DNA of 64,000 nt from Archaeoglobus sp. JdFR-27 (GTDB lineage Archaea; Halobacteriota; Archaeoglobi; Archaeoglobales; Archaeoglobaceae), in the NCBI GenBank assembly GCA_002011235.1, contig MTMO01000044.1, forward strand, positions 15,025 to 79,024. Reading direction: 5' to 3'. The translations under genes were made by a program, and so were the position numbers. Shown here in pieces: positions 1 through 9,634 of the stretch; positions within the stretch are counted from its first letter, which is position 1; every line of letters starts with the position of its first letter. Under the pieces are notes generated by a model. It was not told the DNA's origin. It did no database searches and saw only the letters and a program-made list of their open reading frames with translations.

Positions 1-660
1 ATTCTCGCTGAAAAGGGATTTAGACCAGTTATACTTGATTCGTTCTGCAAAGGGGGAGAGATAGGGGTCTTTTCAAAACTAAAGGTTTTGAGGGAACACT
101 ACAGCGAATTTATTGAGGAATACGAAACTCTGCTACCTCAGCTTCAGATTTTAAAGACAACAGTTTTGAAGGTAGAAAAGGGGGAGAATTGGAAGGTGAA
201 AACATTAGAAAGTGAGACAACTTCAGAAAGAGTTTTTTTATGCACGGGATGTTATGATGTAAGACCTTACAGCTGTAAAATCTTTGGAACTAGGCCTGCT
301 GGGATTTTCACACTCCAGAACGCTCTAGAACTAATCTCGAGGGGTTACAGGATAGGTAAAAATGTGTTGCTTTATGGGAAAGATAAAATTCTTGAAATTG
401 TCGAGGAAATGATGAGGAAAGAAGGATACGATTGTCAGGTCGTGGAGGGCAGAGAAGCTGAGGTTTTTGGGGTTGAGAGGGTTGAGGGTGTAGAGGTTGA
501 TGATGAAATTTTCAAATGTGACACCCTCATACATTTCTGTGGGAGAGAAGAATTCAACCCGCTTGGATTGGAAGGAATAAAAGCTGGAAACATAAATTCG
601 AAAACTTACGATTACGAAAAGGTCAGAAAGGATGTTTTGAAAACCTCCAAGATTGTTTAG
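1..660 (+). CDS. FAD/NAD(P)-dependent oxidoreductase (pyridine nucleotide-disulfide / sarcosine oxidase alpha-like), 5' truncated by window edge
   Basis: Frame is open from base 1 (ILAEKGFRPVILDS...) into ORF 88..660; segments 'VFLCTGCYDVRP', 'GTRPAGIFT' and 'ERVEGV' are typical of this family. Confidence 0.6.
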   Translation: MLAEKGFRPVILDSFCKGGEIGVFSKLKVLREHYSEFIEEYETLLPQLQILKTTVLKVEKGENWKVKTLESETTSERVFLCTGCYDVRPYSCKIFGTRPAGIFTLQNALELISRGYRIGKNVLLYGKDKILEIVEEMMRKEGYDCQVVEGREAEVFGVERVEGVEVDDEIFKCDTLIHFCGREEFNPLGLEGIKAGNINSKTYDYEKVRKDVLKTSKIV

Positions 661-1079
661 CTTGAGGTTGTTAAAAGATTGTTAAAAAATGTTCAAAGAT
701 TTGCAGGATAAAAATTGGTGTGACAACAAGATAAAATTAAGAGTGGGATGTCTCTCTCTGTCCCCTGAGTCCAACACGGTATTATTTGGATTATTAATTT
801 AAGTTTATTATTATATTGTCTTTCGAAACTATTATATTTAATAGTGTTGAAATAAACATAGATATATCAAAGAGCAAAGATAGCACAACAAACTGTATTT
901 CTTTCAAATAGGGCTACCTATGGGGTTAATACCTAGGCCGCTAGGTAGTCCACGGGGGCGTCCAGAAACCTAACTATAGCTTTTGATTGCTGAAAAGTGG
1001 ATCGCTGATCGTTTGTGCGGCCCATTCGGTCAGTGTGAATTTAAAAATGGAGGTGGTAAATAAAATAAAAGGTGATAAC

Positions 1080-1292
1080 ATGCCATTAATTGAAATGTAT
1101 TTTGGGAAAGGTGCTCTTACGGATGAGCAGAAGGCCGATCTTTCTAGAAAGGTTACCGATCTGATCGTCAAGGAAACGAAACAACCACAACACTATACTT
1201 GGGTCATAATTCACGAGGTTCCTTTGGAGAACTGGATGGTTGATCGTCTCACCTTGCCTGAACTTAAGGCCAAATTACAGGAAAAGAAGTAA
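1080..1292 (+). CDS. 4-oxalocrotonate tautomerase family protein (70 aa)
   Basis: GGTGA RBS at 1071-1075 and ATG at 1080 give MPLIEM (catalytic Pro1 after Met removal); 'EQKADLSRKVT' and 'WVIIHEVPLENW' fit the family. Confidence 0.85.
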   Translation: MPLIEMYFGKGALTDEQKADLSRKVTDLIVKETKQPQHYTWVIIHEVPLENWMVDRLTLPELKAKLQEKK

Positions 1293-1333
1293 GGACATCC
1301 AGATGGATCATAGAGAACATCACGAAAAATTGC

Positions 1334-2332
1334 TTAGTCACCCCTTTGTATCTTCGCATGGCCACCGATTATTGAGCTGTTAAGCTCGAGATTTCTTATC
1401 TCGCAGTACTCATCGATTATACTCCTCCATACCTTGCCTTTTCTTATCACAACACCATCGAAGATAACCGACTCGCTTACATCTGAACTCTCGATGATAC
1501 AATTTTTGCCTATGTAGGCATAAGGCCCGATTATCGATCTTCCAACAATCCTGCTCCCATCCTCGATCACGACAGGAGGGATTATTTTAGATATGCGATC
1601 AACTTCAACCTCCCCTTTGAAGTTCTCCAGATAGAACTTAATTGCCTCGATGTATGAGTCAGCGTTCCCAACATCATACCAGTTTCCGTTGAAGAATGGA
1701 TAGCCGTAGAGTTCTGTTTTTTTGCAGAGGTAGGAAATGAAATCACCTAAGTTATCATGCCTCTCACTCGAGCTGACGTATTCGAGGAGGAGGTTTACGG
1801 CCCTTTTGTTAAAAGCGTAGATACCAATTCCCACAAGGGTTGATGGTGGCCTCTCCGGTTTCTCGATAAATCTTGTGATTCTGTCTCCATCCACCTCAGC
1901 CACACCATAGCGCGATGCCAGCTCTGCATCTCCAACATCATATAGTGCAGTTACAGAAGCACGCTTCTGTTTGTAAAAATCGACAAACTCATCCAGTTCA
2001 AATGAAAACAGGTTGTCTCCAGCCAAAACAAGTAGCTCATCATCAACAAGCTTTGCTATCTCAGCCAGAGCCCTTACCGCTCCAAGTTTTTCTTCTTCCT
2101 TTCGTGTCTCTTCAATTATCAGCTCTACATCTCTTTCCTTGCTCCATTCTTTAAAATCCTCCTCAAAAAGCTTGTTTGTTGAAACGATAATCGGAAAATC
2201 AAACTTTTTCACTTTCTCGTATATATGGTCTATTATCTTTTTTCTGCCCGTAGGAAGCAAAGGCTTTGGTTTTGTTTTTGTAATCGGCCAGAGCCTAGTT
2301 GCATAGCCACCGGCCATGATTACGGTCTTCAT
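1334..2332 (-). CDS. Sugar-phosphate nucleotidyltransferase (glucose-1-phosphate thymidylyltransferase-like) with C-terminal hexapeptide repeats
   Basis: 'IMAGGYATRLWPIT..KPKPLLP', 'AGDN', 'FIEKP', 'WYDVG'; left-handed beta-helix-type C-terminus. Confidence 0.9.
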   Translation of the reverse strand: MKTVIMAGGYATRLWPITKTKPKPLLPTGRKKIIDHIYEKVKKFDFPIIVSTNKLFEEDFKEWSKERDVELIIEETRKEEEKLGAVRALAEIAKLVDDELLVLAGDNLFSFELDEFVDFYKQKRASVTALYDVGDAELASRYGVAEVDGDRITRFIEKPERPPSTLVGIGIYAFNKRAVNLLLEYVSSSERHDNLGDFISYLCKKTELYGYPFFNGNWYDVGNADSYIEAIKFYLENFKGEVEVDRISKIIPPVVIEDGSRIVGRSIIGPYAYIGKNCIIESSDVSESVIFDGVVIRKGKVWRSIIDEYCEIRNLELNSSIIGGHAKIQRGD

Positions 2333-2499
2333 AATCGGAAAAAAGAATCATTGTATAATAATCTTTTCTTGTGTTGAAATATGATTTATTCCTTTGTTGA
2401 TTCCTTTGTTGATTTAATTGCTGTAATCTCAAAAGGGTTTTGGAAGAACTAATTAAACTAATGAAACTGAAAAATACTTCTGGCAGAATATTTGTCTTA

Positions 2500-3312
2500 T
2501 TATTTGTCTTCCCCATGCAACCATCTCAGGCCTGAAGGCCAACCTTTTTCGGCCATTTCAAGTATGGAACGATAGTAGTTGTTTATTTTACTTGTTTTAT
2601 AGTTGTACTTACGGCTATATTCCCTCCATAGCCAGACGAAGTAGTTTGAAATAGCAGCTGACCGAAATTGTTCAACCCTTGTATAGGGTGTTAAATCATC
2701 TTTTGAGTGCATTTCAATCGGATCAGGATTGTTCATAAGCTCCCAGGTGGAGATAGGTTTACCTTCTGGATAGCGATATACGACATTCGTTAAAGGATCT
2801 ACAGCGCCCCAAACATTATTTCTGTAAACTTCTATTATTGTATGCCCACTGTAAGCCTTCTCGGTATCGGCTAAGTAAACCATCCGGGCGGGAAATCCAG
2901 CGATCTGGATTAAAGAGCAGGCAGTTCTTGCCACATCCGTACACCAATCGGAACCTCGTTTGATTATTTCTTCCTCCGTTCCCCCTATCAATATCGTTTC
3001 CATATCGTTGCTAACGTTTTCTCCTAAACCACTGGTAAATCGGATAATCCTCTCGATACGCATCTCTTCGGAATTACAACCTGAGATTATTCTCTCTACA
3101 CATTGTTCCAACTCGGGTCTTTCTCCTTTCTTATAGAAAACTTGGGTTGGTGTATATTCATTGTACAGATAGTTTGCGGTCTCCTGACATAAAAGAATCA
3201 TATTTTCCATCAGGATTCTATCAATAGAATCGATTGCATGCGGATCGTTTTCCAGCATAATTTTATATGCAGGTCCGAATATACCTAATCCCTTGTATTT
3301 AGCGATATTCAT
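2500..3312 (-). CDS. Transglutaminase-like (Cys-His-Asp) domain protein
   Basis: 'DWCTDVAR...AGFPARMV...GHTIIEVY....WGAVDP' places Cys, His and Asp in transglutaminase-like core order. Confidence 0.75.
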   Translation of the reverse strand: MNIAKYKGLGIFGPAYKIMLENDPHAIDSIDRILMENMILLCQETANYLYNEYTPTQVFYKKGERPELEQCVERIISGCNSEEMRIERIIRFTSGLGENVSNDMETILIGGTEEEIIKRGSDWCTDVARTACSLIQIAGFPARMVYLADTEKAYSGHTIIEVYRNNVWGAVDPLTNVVYRYPEGKPISTWELMNNPDPIEMHSKDDLTPYTRVEQFRSAAISNYFVWLWREYSRKYNYKTSKINNYYRSILEMAEKGWPSGLRWLHGEDK

Positions 3313-3462
3313 TGTCTTCCCTCATCCTTTTTAAAGGTTAGACTGCACTGCATCTCAAGATTGCATCTTACCCTTCAAATTCCTACACACTATTTAGATA
3401 GTTAATTATTTTACACCAAATTATTAAATAGTACTTCCTTATCAGATCGATAAGGTGATTGG

Positions 3463-3981
3463 ATGGATAAAACGGAGAAAATGAATAGGACAGCTAACCC
3501 CACATTTGAAGTACTCAAATTATTAGAAGAAAATGCAAGATACTCCTACAGTGAGATTTCTGAGATAACCGGATTAAAAGAAGAGGAAGTTAAAAAAATA
3601 ATAAAGAAAAGTGAGGAGGAAAAATCAATTCTTAAGTACAAGGCTATTATAGATTGGGAGAAGCTTGGTGAGGAGTTCGTTGTTGCAGTCATCGACGTTA
3701 GGGTGAATCTGACGAGAGAGAAAAATTATGATGACATCGCTCGAAGAATCGCCAAGTTTCCAGAGGTTCATGCTGTAAGGTTAATCAGTGGGGAATACGA
3801 CTTTCAGGTTGTTGTTAAAGGTAAATCTTTGAAAGAAGTCTCGGTATTCATCTCAGAAAAGATCTCCACACTTCCTGAAGTGCGAGACACAAATACCCAT
3901 TTCGTTCTTAAAACGTATAAGGAAGAAGGAGTCCTTCTTTTCAGTGACGAAGAAGATAGGAGGCTTGCAATAGTTCCCTGA
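3463..3981 (+). CDS. Lrp/AsnC family transcriptional regulator
   Basis: N-terminal HTH ('LLEENARYSYSEISEITG') and RAM domain ('ISGEYDF', 'VRDTNTHFVLK'); GGTGA RBS upstream. Confidence 0.92.
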   Translation: MDKTEKMNRTANPTFEVLKLLEENARYSYSEISEITGLKEEEVKKIIKKSEEEKSILKYKAIIDWEKLGEEFVVAVIDVRVNLTREKNYDDIARRIAKFPEVHAVRLISGEYDFQVVVKGKSLKEVSVFISEKISTLPEVRDTNTHFVLKTYKEEGVLLFSDEEDRRLAIVP

Positions 3982-3998
3982 GGCAAGAGGAATCTTGA

Positions 3999-5216
3999 AT
4001 GAAGGATGAAATGGATGAAATGGAAGATATGGAAAAAATGAGGAAAATAGGTGAGAAGGGTAAAAGAAGTAAATTGAGGGTAAATGAAAAACTTCTTGAA
4101 ATAAAACCCTCAGGGATAAGAAAGTTTTTTGATTTAATCATAGGTAGAGACGATGTGATTAGCCTTGGAGTAGGTGAACCAGATTTTCCTACTCCTTGGA
4201 GAATAAGGGAGGAAATGATATATTCCCTTGAGAGGGGAATTACTTCCTATACCTCTAACTATGGTTTGGAAGAGCTGAGAGAGGAGATATGCAGGTATTA
4301 CACAAAATTTGGGGTTGAAAGTCAACCTTCTAATGTTGTTGTCACATCTGGGGTCAGCGAAGGTTTTGATCTTGCGATAAGATCAATTGTAAGCCCGGGA
4401 GACTTTGTGTTGATCCCTGATCCATGTTACGTTTCGTACGAGCCCCTCTCTACTTTAGCTGGAGGGAGAGTTATCTCAATCCCCACTTCACCGAGTTTTA
4501 GACTAAACTACGAGATGATAATGGAACACTCAAAGGGCATAGATTCAAAAGTTTTAATTCTGAATTACCCAGCAAACCCAACTGGAGTTAGCTACAGCAA
4601 AAAAGAGCTTGAAGAGATAGCTGATGCCGTTATAGAAAGAGATATGATCGTTGTTTCTGATGAGATATATGCAGAGCTTTCCTATAAATTTCCCCACAAA
4701 TCCATCGCCTCTCTCGAAGGAATGCAGGATAGGACGATCATACTAAACGGGTTCTCCAAATCGTTTGCGATGACCGGGATGAGAATTGGTTATGTTATGG
4801 CTCCCGACGATATCATCGATGCAATACTGAAAATTCACCAGTATTCAATGCTCTGCGCACCAACAACAGCTCAGATAGGAGCCATCGAGGCATTGAGGAA
4901 TGGAGAAGATGAACTGGAGATGATGAGAGCGGAATATCTGAGAAGAAGGAACTTTTTCGTAAGGAAGCTAAGAAATTATTTAGAAATAAGAAAGCCAGAA
5001 GGAGCGTTTTATGCATTTCCAAGCATTGTCGAGACAGGTTTGACAAGTGAAGAGTTTGCCGAAAAACTACTCCTTGAGAAAAACGTAGCTGTGGTTCCAG
5101 GAAATGCTTTTGGCGAGTCGGGTGAGGGCTTCGTTAGATGTGCATATGCCGTGAGCATGGATAGATTGAGGGAAGCGGTTGAAAGGATTATCGAGTTTGT
5201 TGAATCTTTGAAGTAG
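3999..5216 (+). CDS. PLP-dependent class I/II aminotransferase (aspartate aminotransferase-like)
   Basis: 'LGVGEPDF', 'NYPANPTG', 'SDEIY', 'NGFSKSFAMTGMRIGY' (PLP Lys), 'PEGAFY'; exact start uncertain. Confidence 0.93.
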   Translation: MKDEMDEMEDMEKMRKIGEKGKRSKLRVNEKLLEIKPSGIRKFFDLIIGRDDVISLGVGEPDFPTPWRIREEMIYSLERGITSYTSNYGLEELREEICRYYTKFGVESQPSNVVVTSGVSEGFDLAIRSIVSPGDFVLIPDPCYVSYEPLSTLAGGRVISIPTSPSFRLNYEMIMEHSKGIDSKVLILNYPANPTGVSYSKKELEEIADAVIERDMIVVSDEIYAELSYKFPHKSIASLEGMQDRTIILNGFSKSFAMTGMRIGYVMAPDDIIDAILKIHQYSMLCAPTTAQIGAIEALRNGEDELEMMRAEYLRRRNFFVRKLRNYLEIRKPEGAFYAFPSIVETGLTSEEFAEKLLLEKNVAVVPGNAFGESGEGFVRCAYAVSMDRLREAVERIIEFVESLK

Positions 5217-5296
5217 AAAATTTGATTTTGGAATTGAGTTTTTTAAACTCGAACTTACCTTCTTGTACTCGATGTTCACTCAGTTTTCATCTATGC

Positions 5297-5893
5297 TCAT
5301 TCAACCTCCTTTGTCATCCTTATCCACTTGCCGAAGGAGTTTCTTTCCTCGAACCCAAGTTTTTTGTAGAATCTCTGGGCATAATAGTTTCTATATCCTA
5401 CCCAGAGTTCAGCAATTTTTCTGTTTTTGGATTTAATGTAATCAAAGCCCTTTGAAACTAGTCTCTTTCCGATTCCTCTTTTTCTGAACTCAGGCAGAAC
5501 CACGAGCTCGTGAATCTCTCCTACCTTCTTCATCTCAAAAGGGCTAAACCAGTTTGCATCAACCATTATAAATCCCAAAACCTCTTTTCCATTTTCATTC
5601 TTTGTTTCGGCAATTATGAAGCCATCTTTGTCTCTGGAAAACATCCATTTGAAATAGCTTTTAATCTGTCTGGTCTTTGTGTAGGCGTATTCCTCCAAGT
5701 CTTTGTAGGAATCCCTGTAAACTCTCACGAAATCTTTCAGGTCTTCGAGTGAAACCCTCCTGAGGGTTACAGTTTTATCGGTTATATCAGTTTCCTCAGT
5801 CGTTGTTGCTGCATCCTTTGCATCCGCTCCAATCAGATTAGATCTATTTAATCTGTCAAAACCAAAGTTAAATCCATCGCTTATTTTACTCAT
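5297..5893 (-). CDS. GNAT family N-acetyltransferase
   Basis: Acetyl-CoA motif 'VLPEFRKRGIGKRL' and 'AQRFYKKLGF'. Confidence 0.88.
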   Translation of the reverse strand: MSKISDGFNFGFDRLNRSNLIGADAKDAATTTEETDITDKTVTLRRVSLEDLKDFVRVYRDSYKDLEEYAYTKTRQIKSYFKWMFSRDKDGFIIAETKNENGKEVLGFIMVDANWFSPFEMKKVGEIHELVVLPEFRKRGIGKRLVSKGFDYIKSKNRKIAELWVGYRNYYAQRFYKKLGFEERNSFGKWIRMTKEVE

Positions 5894-6023
5894 ATTCTCT
5901 TATTGGAACTTGATTTTTCAGATTTATAATCTTTTCACTAAACTAAGGGTCTTCTGCGGTTTTTTTATCTCTGATTTTACCTCAACCTAAATTGTTAAAT
6001 CTTGTTCCACATAATTATGGACA

Positions 6024-7211
6024 ATGTCAATCTATGCCTTCGCCGATATGGAGGGTGGGAGAGCCAGAAGGATTTACGCGAATTGCAGATACCCCTCGAG
6101 ACAGGAGGGAAATCTCTTCTTGGATTTTGATGGAGAAGTGAATTTGAAGTATGGTGATGAACTTCCTCTCCATTTAAAAGATTTCTATGCTTTGGTTGCC
6201 ATTCGGCCATCCCATATTCTCGCTTCAAGGGATGTTTTTGGAGGTAAACCCCTATACTACAACCCTTTCAGCTTATCCTTTTCCTCTTTCAGGAATTATT
6301 TTGAGAGACAAGAGGAAATCGTTGAGTTAATGCCAGGGGAGGTTTTAAAACTGGGATATGATGGAAGTGTTATAGAAAGGAAACGCTATTCCTTCGAGGA
6401 TGTTTTCAGCTTGAAAGAGGAGGACATTGATCAGAAGGAGTTTAAAGAGAAATTTTTAGGGATTCTGGAAAAGCTTAAACCGAAAGGTTGCATAGCCTTT
6501 TCCGGAGGAATAGACTCATCGTTTCTTGCATCATTTTATGATCTCGATCTGGTGTCTGTAACGGCAAGTGAAAAAGAGGGAGAGTGGTTGAAAGAGTGCA
6601 GTAAACTGATGGGAAAGGGGATTGAGATAAGAAGATTTGGAAAATCGGATGTGGAGGAAGCATTACCTAAGGTAATAGATGCTATTGAAACAACCGACTT
6701 TCTTCAAGTCTCAATTGCACTTCCGATCTATCTTGTCATGAAGTTTGTGAAAGAAATTGGGTATAGCAGCGTTGTATTCGGTCAAGGGGCAGATGAACTT
6801 TTTGGAGGGTACATGAGATACACAACGATGGATAGAAGCAAGCTGAGGGATTCGCTGATTGAAGATGTTCGAAACATAGGTGTAAAAAACATCGTTAGAG
6901 ATACAAAAGTTGCATACTCGCTTGAAATGAAGCTCATTGCTCCGTATCTCCAGTGGGATCTGATAGATCTTGCTTTAAAATTGCCTGTGGAACTTAAATT
7001 AAGGAAAGTGAATGGAAAAGTGGTAAGAAAGTACATTTTGAGAAAAATAGCTCTGGACTATCTTCCCAAAGAAATCGTTTTGAGAGAGAAGAAGGCAATT
7101 CAATATTCAACTGGTGCGTCAGAAATTCTGAAGAAGATTGCAGGAAGCCATGGAATGAAGGTTCAGGAGTTTTTGGAAAGATTGAAAACTAAAAATGTCA
7201 CCGGAGAATGA
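6024..7211 (+). CDS. Asparagine synthetase-like ATP pyrophosphatase with degenerate glutaminase domain
   Basis: PP-loop 'FSGGIDSS', 'GQGADELFGGY', 'RDVFGGKPLYY', 'KYILRK'; lacks the N-terminal MCG. Confidence 0.75.
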   Translation: MSIYAFADMEGGRARRIYANCRYPSRQEGNLFLDFDGEVNLKYGDELPLHLKDFYALVAIRPSHILASRDVFGGKPLYYNPFSLSFSSFRNYFERQEEIVELMPGEVLKLGYDGSVIERKRYSFEDVFSLKEEDIDQKEFKEKFLGILEKLKPKGCIAFSGGIDSSFLASFYDLDLVSVTASEKEGEWLKECSKLMGKGIEIRRFGKSDVEEALPKVIDAIETTDFLQVSIALPIYLVMKFVKEIGYSSVVFGQGADELFGGYMRYTTMDRSKLRDSLIEDVRNIGVKNIVRDTKVAYSLEMKLIAPYLQWDLIDLALKLPVELKLRKVNGKVVRKYILRKIALDYLPKEIVLREKKAIQYSTGASEILKKIAGSHGMKVQEFLERLKTKNVTGE

Positions 7212-7600
7212 TCTTCAAAGTTAACTGTAAAACAAACGGCTACTGTGGTAAATGTTGTTACGGGACTGAGATGCCCCTTACGGAGGAGGATATCGAAAGA
7301 ATAAAAGCTCTCGGTTTTGACGAGAATGACTTTTCAGTGGTTGTAGAAGGTGTTAAGAGGTTAAAGAATGTGGAGAATGCATGCTATTTTTTGAAGGAAA
7401 ACAAATGCACGATCTATGAAAACCGCCCGACTGGATGCAAGATATATCCTTTGGTTTTGGACGAGAGTGGAAGGGTTGTTGTGGATGAAGTTTGTCCCCT
7501 CAGGGATGAAATAGAAGTAGAATTAACACCTGGGATCGTTGAGCAGGCTGCCGTAGCTCTTAAAAAGATTGTTGAGGAAGTTTATGGACATCAAGAGTAA
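7208..7600 (+). CDS. YkgJ/UPF0153 cysteine-cluster (Zn/Fe-chelating) protein
   Basis: 'CGKCC...CYFL...CTIYENRPTGCKIYP...CP'; ATGA overlap with the upstream gene. Confidence 0.85.
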   Translation: MIFKVNCKTNGYCGKCCYGTEMPLTEEDIERIKALGFDENDFSVVVEGVKRLKNVENACYFLKENKCTIYENRPTGCKIYPLVLDESGRVVVDEVCPLRDEIEVELTPGIVEQAAVALKKIVEEVYGHQE

Positions 7601-7628
7601 TCTTTCTTGGTTAGATCTAAAATAATTG

Positions 7629-8534
7629 TTATACTAATTCAAGCAAAAATTCTGAGAGATTTTCCGCATCCTCTTTTTTCTTCATAATAGTATCAGCTTT
7701 AACTACTTCGACGAAGTCAAGTTCATAATCTGAATCTCTCTCATCGATAACCAGAACATCGATAAAATCCCGATATACCTCTGCAACTCCAGCCGGAGAA
7801 ACTTCATATCCTAAACTTCTCATGAACTTTCCTGCCGGACCGCTTACAGGATTTTTTCCGATAATTGGAGAAACTACAATGACTTTTTTCTCTTCAAGAA
7901 TCTCCTTGTATCCTTTTACCGAAATTATCGGACCGATGCTTGTTATAGGGTTTGAGGGACCTATTATCACAGCTCTACATTTCTCTAAAAACTCTTTTAC
8001 TTCGACAGGGATTTTCGCCTCATCAATTCCCTTGAAGATGATATTATTTACCTTTGGCTCCCCTCTTCTACCAACCCAGAATTCTTGGAAGTGCATGGTT
8101 CCGCTCTCGGTTTCAATAAGGGTGGACACTTCTTCGTTACACATTGGGAATATCTCCTGTTTTACACCAAACCTGCTCTTTAGTATTCTCGTAGCCTCGA
8201 GGAGATCTTTTCCCTTTCTGATGAGGTGGCTCCTTAAGATATGTGTTGCCCTGTCGATGTCTCCGATCATCATCCCCTCATCGAACCCCAAAGACTTAAG
8301 CCTCTCATGCGTTACAAAAGAGTCCTCTCTTGCCCCCCACCATTTTTCCGTATCTATAGTGTCTGAGAGTGCATATATTACGGAATCGATGTCTGGACAA
8401 ATCTTGTTTCCTGAGACCCAAACGTCTTCGGCAGTATTTACAACAACAAAGAAGTCATCACTAACTTCCTTAAATCCCCACAGCAATTTTGGCGTGCCTG
8501 TACCACCAGAAAGTATTGCGATCGTTCTATTCAC
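7629..8534 (-). CDS. cofD: 2-phospho-L-lactate transferase (coenzyme F420 biosynthesis)
   Basis: '[11 protein letters not shown]', '[11 protein letters not shown]', 'HFQEFWV', '[13 protein letters not shown]', 'VSGPAGKFM'. Confidence 0.95.
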   Translation of the reverse strand: MNRTIAILSGGTGTPKLLWGFKEVSDDFFVVVNTAEDVWVSGNKICPDIDSVIYALSDTIDTEKWWGAREDSFVTHERLKSLGFDEGMMIGDIDRATHILRSHLIRKGKDLLEATRILKSRFGVKQEIFPMCNEEVSTLIETESGTMHFQEFWVGRRGEPKVNNIIFKGIDEAKIPVEVKEFLEKCRAVIIGPSNPITSIGPIISVKGYKEILEEKKVIVVSPIIGKNPVSGPAGKFMRSLGYEVSPAGVAEVYRDFIDVLVIDERDSDYELDFVEVVKADTIMKKKEDAENLSEFLLELV

Positions 8535-8568
8535 GTTTCCACCTTCTAACCCTCTAACCTTCTAAATC

Positions 8569-9618
8569 TTATTCCAGCATGATGGATTTTTTCCAGGATA
8601 AATATTCCTTTGCCAGAGAATTTTTTTCAATCAGATCCAGTGATAGGATGTATTCATCGGTAACCTCTCTAGAGGTCCCTACAACAAGATACCTCTCTCC
8701 TCTTATCTCTTCTATGTAACCCCTTGCTTCAATCTTCTCCCCTTTAATTGCCTGCCCCACATATGTGTGGGTGAAGCAGAGAATTGCCTTAATTCTACTT
8801 TCTCTCAAAGGATAGTAAGCCGGATAGTCAAAGCTAAGGCTATCATCGGCAAGTTTTCCATGTATGGTGGTTTTCTCCAACCTTTCTCCCCTCCATTCAG
8901 GAATTGGTTTACCAAGCTCATTGTAATCTCTGACATAGAGTAGATCGAAGTAGGTAGAACCAAGAACAGCCCTGTGGTATTTTCTCCTCTCATGGATAAG
9001 GAAGAGGTCGAAAGGTACATTCACTCTCCTTTTCATATATATGAAATCCCACATCTCTTGAGAAGGCTCTGACAATCTTCCACTTTCAATTCCTTTTTTT
9101 ATTTTATCCCTGCCAATAAACCAGAAATTTCCGTACATAACAAAATCGATATCACTCTCTTCAGCCTCCAAATCAATGAGCCTCGATCCTGTAACTCCCA
9201 TTTTTTCCGCAGGTATCCCATCAAAGAATTCCACAATTCTTTTGAGTTCTTCATCGGTGAACTTACCCTCTAAGAGATCTTTAATTTTTTCTTCAGGCTT
9301 ATAAACCCTCTGGATATCTTCGTGCGGGATTAAGAAAATTCCTAGGTCTTCGTTATAATAAAGATTCCTTTCAATTGAATATTTCACCGCTTCATCATGG
9401 AGGAGTTTTCTGTATTTCACTCCATCTGAGATCCTGTCTCCTTGGGGGGAAGGAATGTATCTGAGAAAGGATTTTACACCTTTGCTGTGATCGTAACCAA
9501 CTATCGAGAAAAAACAGTTTTTCGCTTTAACAAAATCCCTAAGTCTGAGGGGTTTAGTAAGAAGCTTGGTTGGAGGCTTTGTTGAAAGCCCAGTTGAAAA
9601 GAATTTGTCACCTTGCAT
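8569..9618 (-). CDS. Uncharacterised archaeal Pol-beta-superfamily nucleotidyltransferase (COG1665-like)
   Basis: 'GVTGSRL...ESDIDFVMYG' (GS..DxD); 'FDLLYVRD' and 'HTYVGQA' recall this archaeal family. Confidence 0.7.
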   Translation of the reverse strand: MQGDKFFSTGLSTKPPTKLLTKPLRLRDFVKAKNCFFSIVGYDHSKGVKSFLRYIPSPQGDRISDGVKYRKLLHDEAVKYSIERNLYYNEDLGIFLIPHEDIQRVYKPEEKIKDLLEGKFTDEELKRIVEFFDGIPAEKMGVTGSRLIDLEAEESDIDFVMYGNFWFIGRDKIKKGIESGRLSEPSQEMWDFIYMKRRVNVPFDLFLIHERRKYHRAVLGSTYFDLLYVRDYNELGKPIPEWRGERLEKTTIHGKLADDSLSFDYPAYYPLRESRIKAILCFTHTYVGQAIKGEKIEARGYIEEIRGERYLVVGTSREVTDEYILSLDLIEKNSLAKEYLSWKKSIMLE

Positions 9619-9634
9619 ACGAACCTAACCTAAT

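Noticed and set aside
911-1030. Known riboswitch (FMN, TPP, ZTP, guanidine, Moco/Wco) upstream of 4-OT
   Set aside because: Only fragmentary similarity (e.g. CCACGGGG) and the conserved cores are absent; kept only as an unexplained hairpin
3999-4075. Acidic repetitive N-terminal extension on the aminotransferase as a functional domain
   Set aside because: Looks like short ATGGA(A/T) duplications ahead of an uncertain start codon; family homology begins near 'EIKPSGIRKFF'
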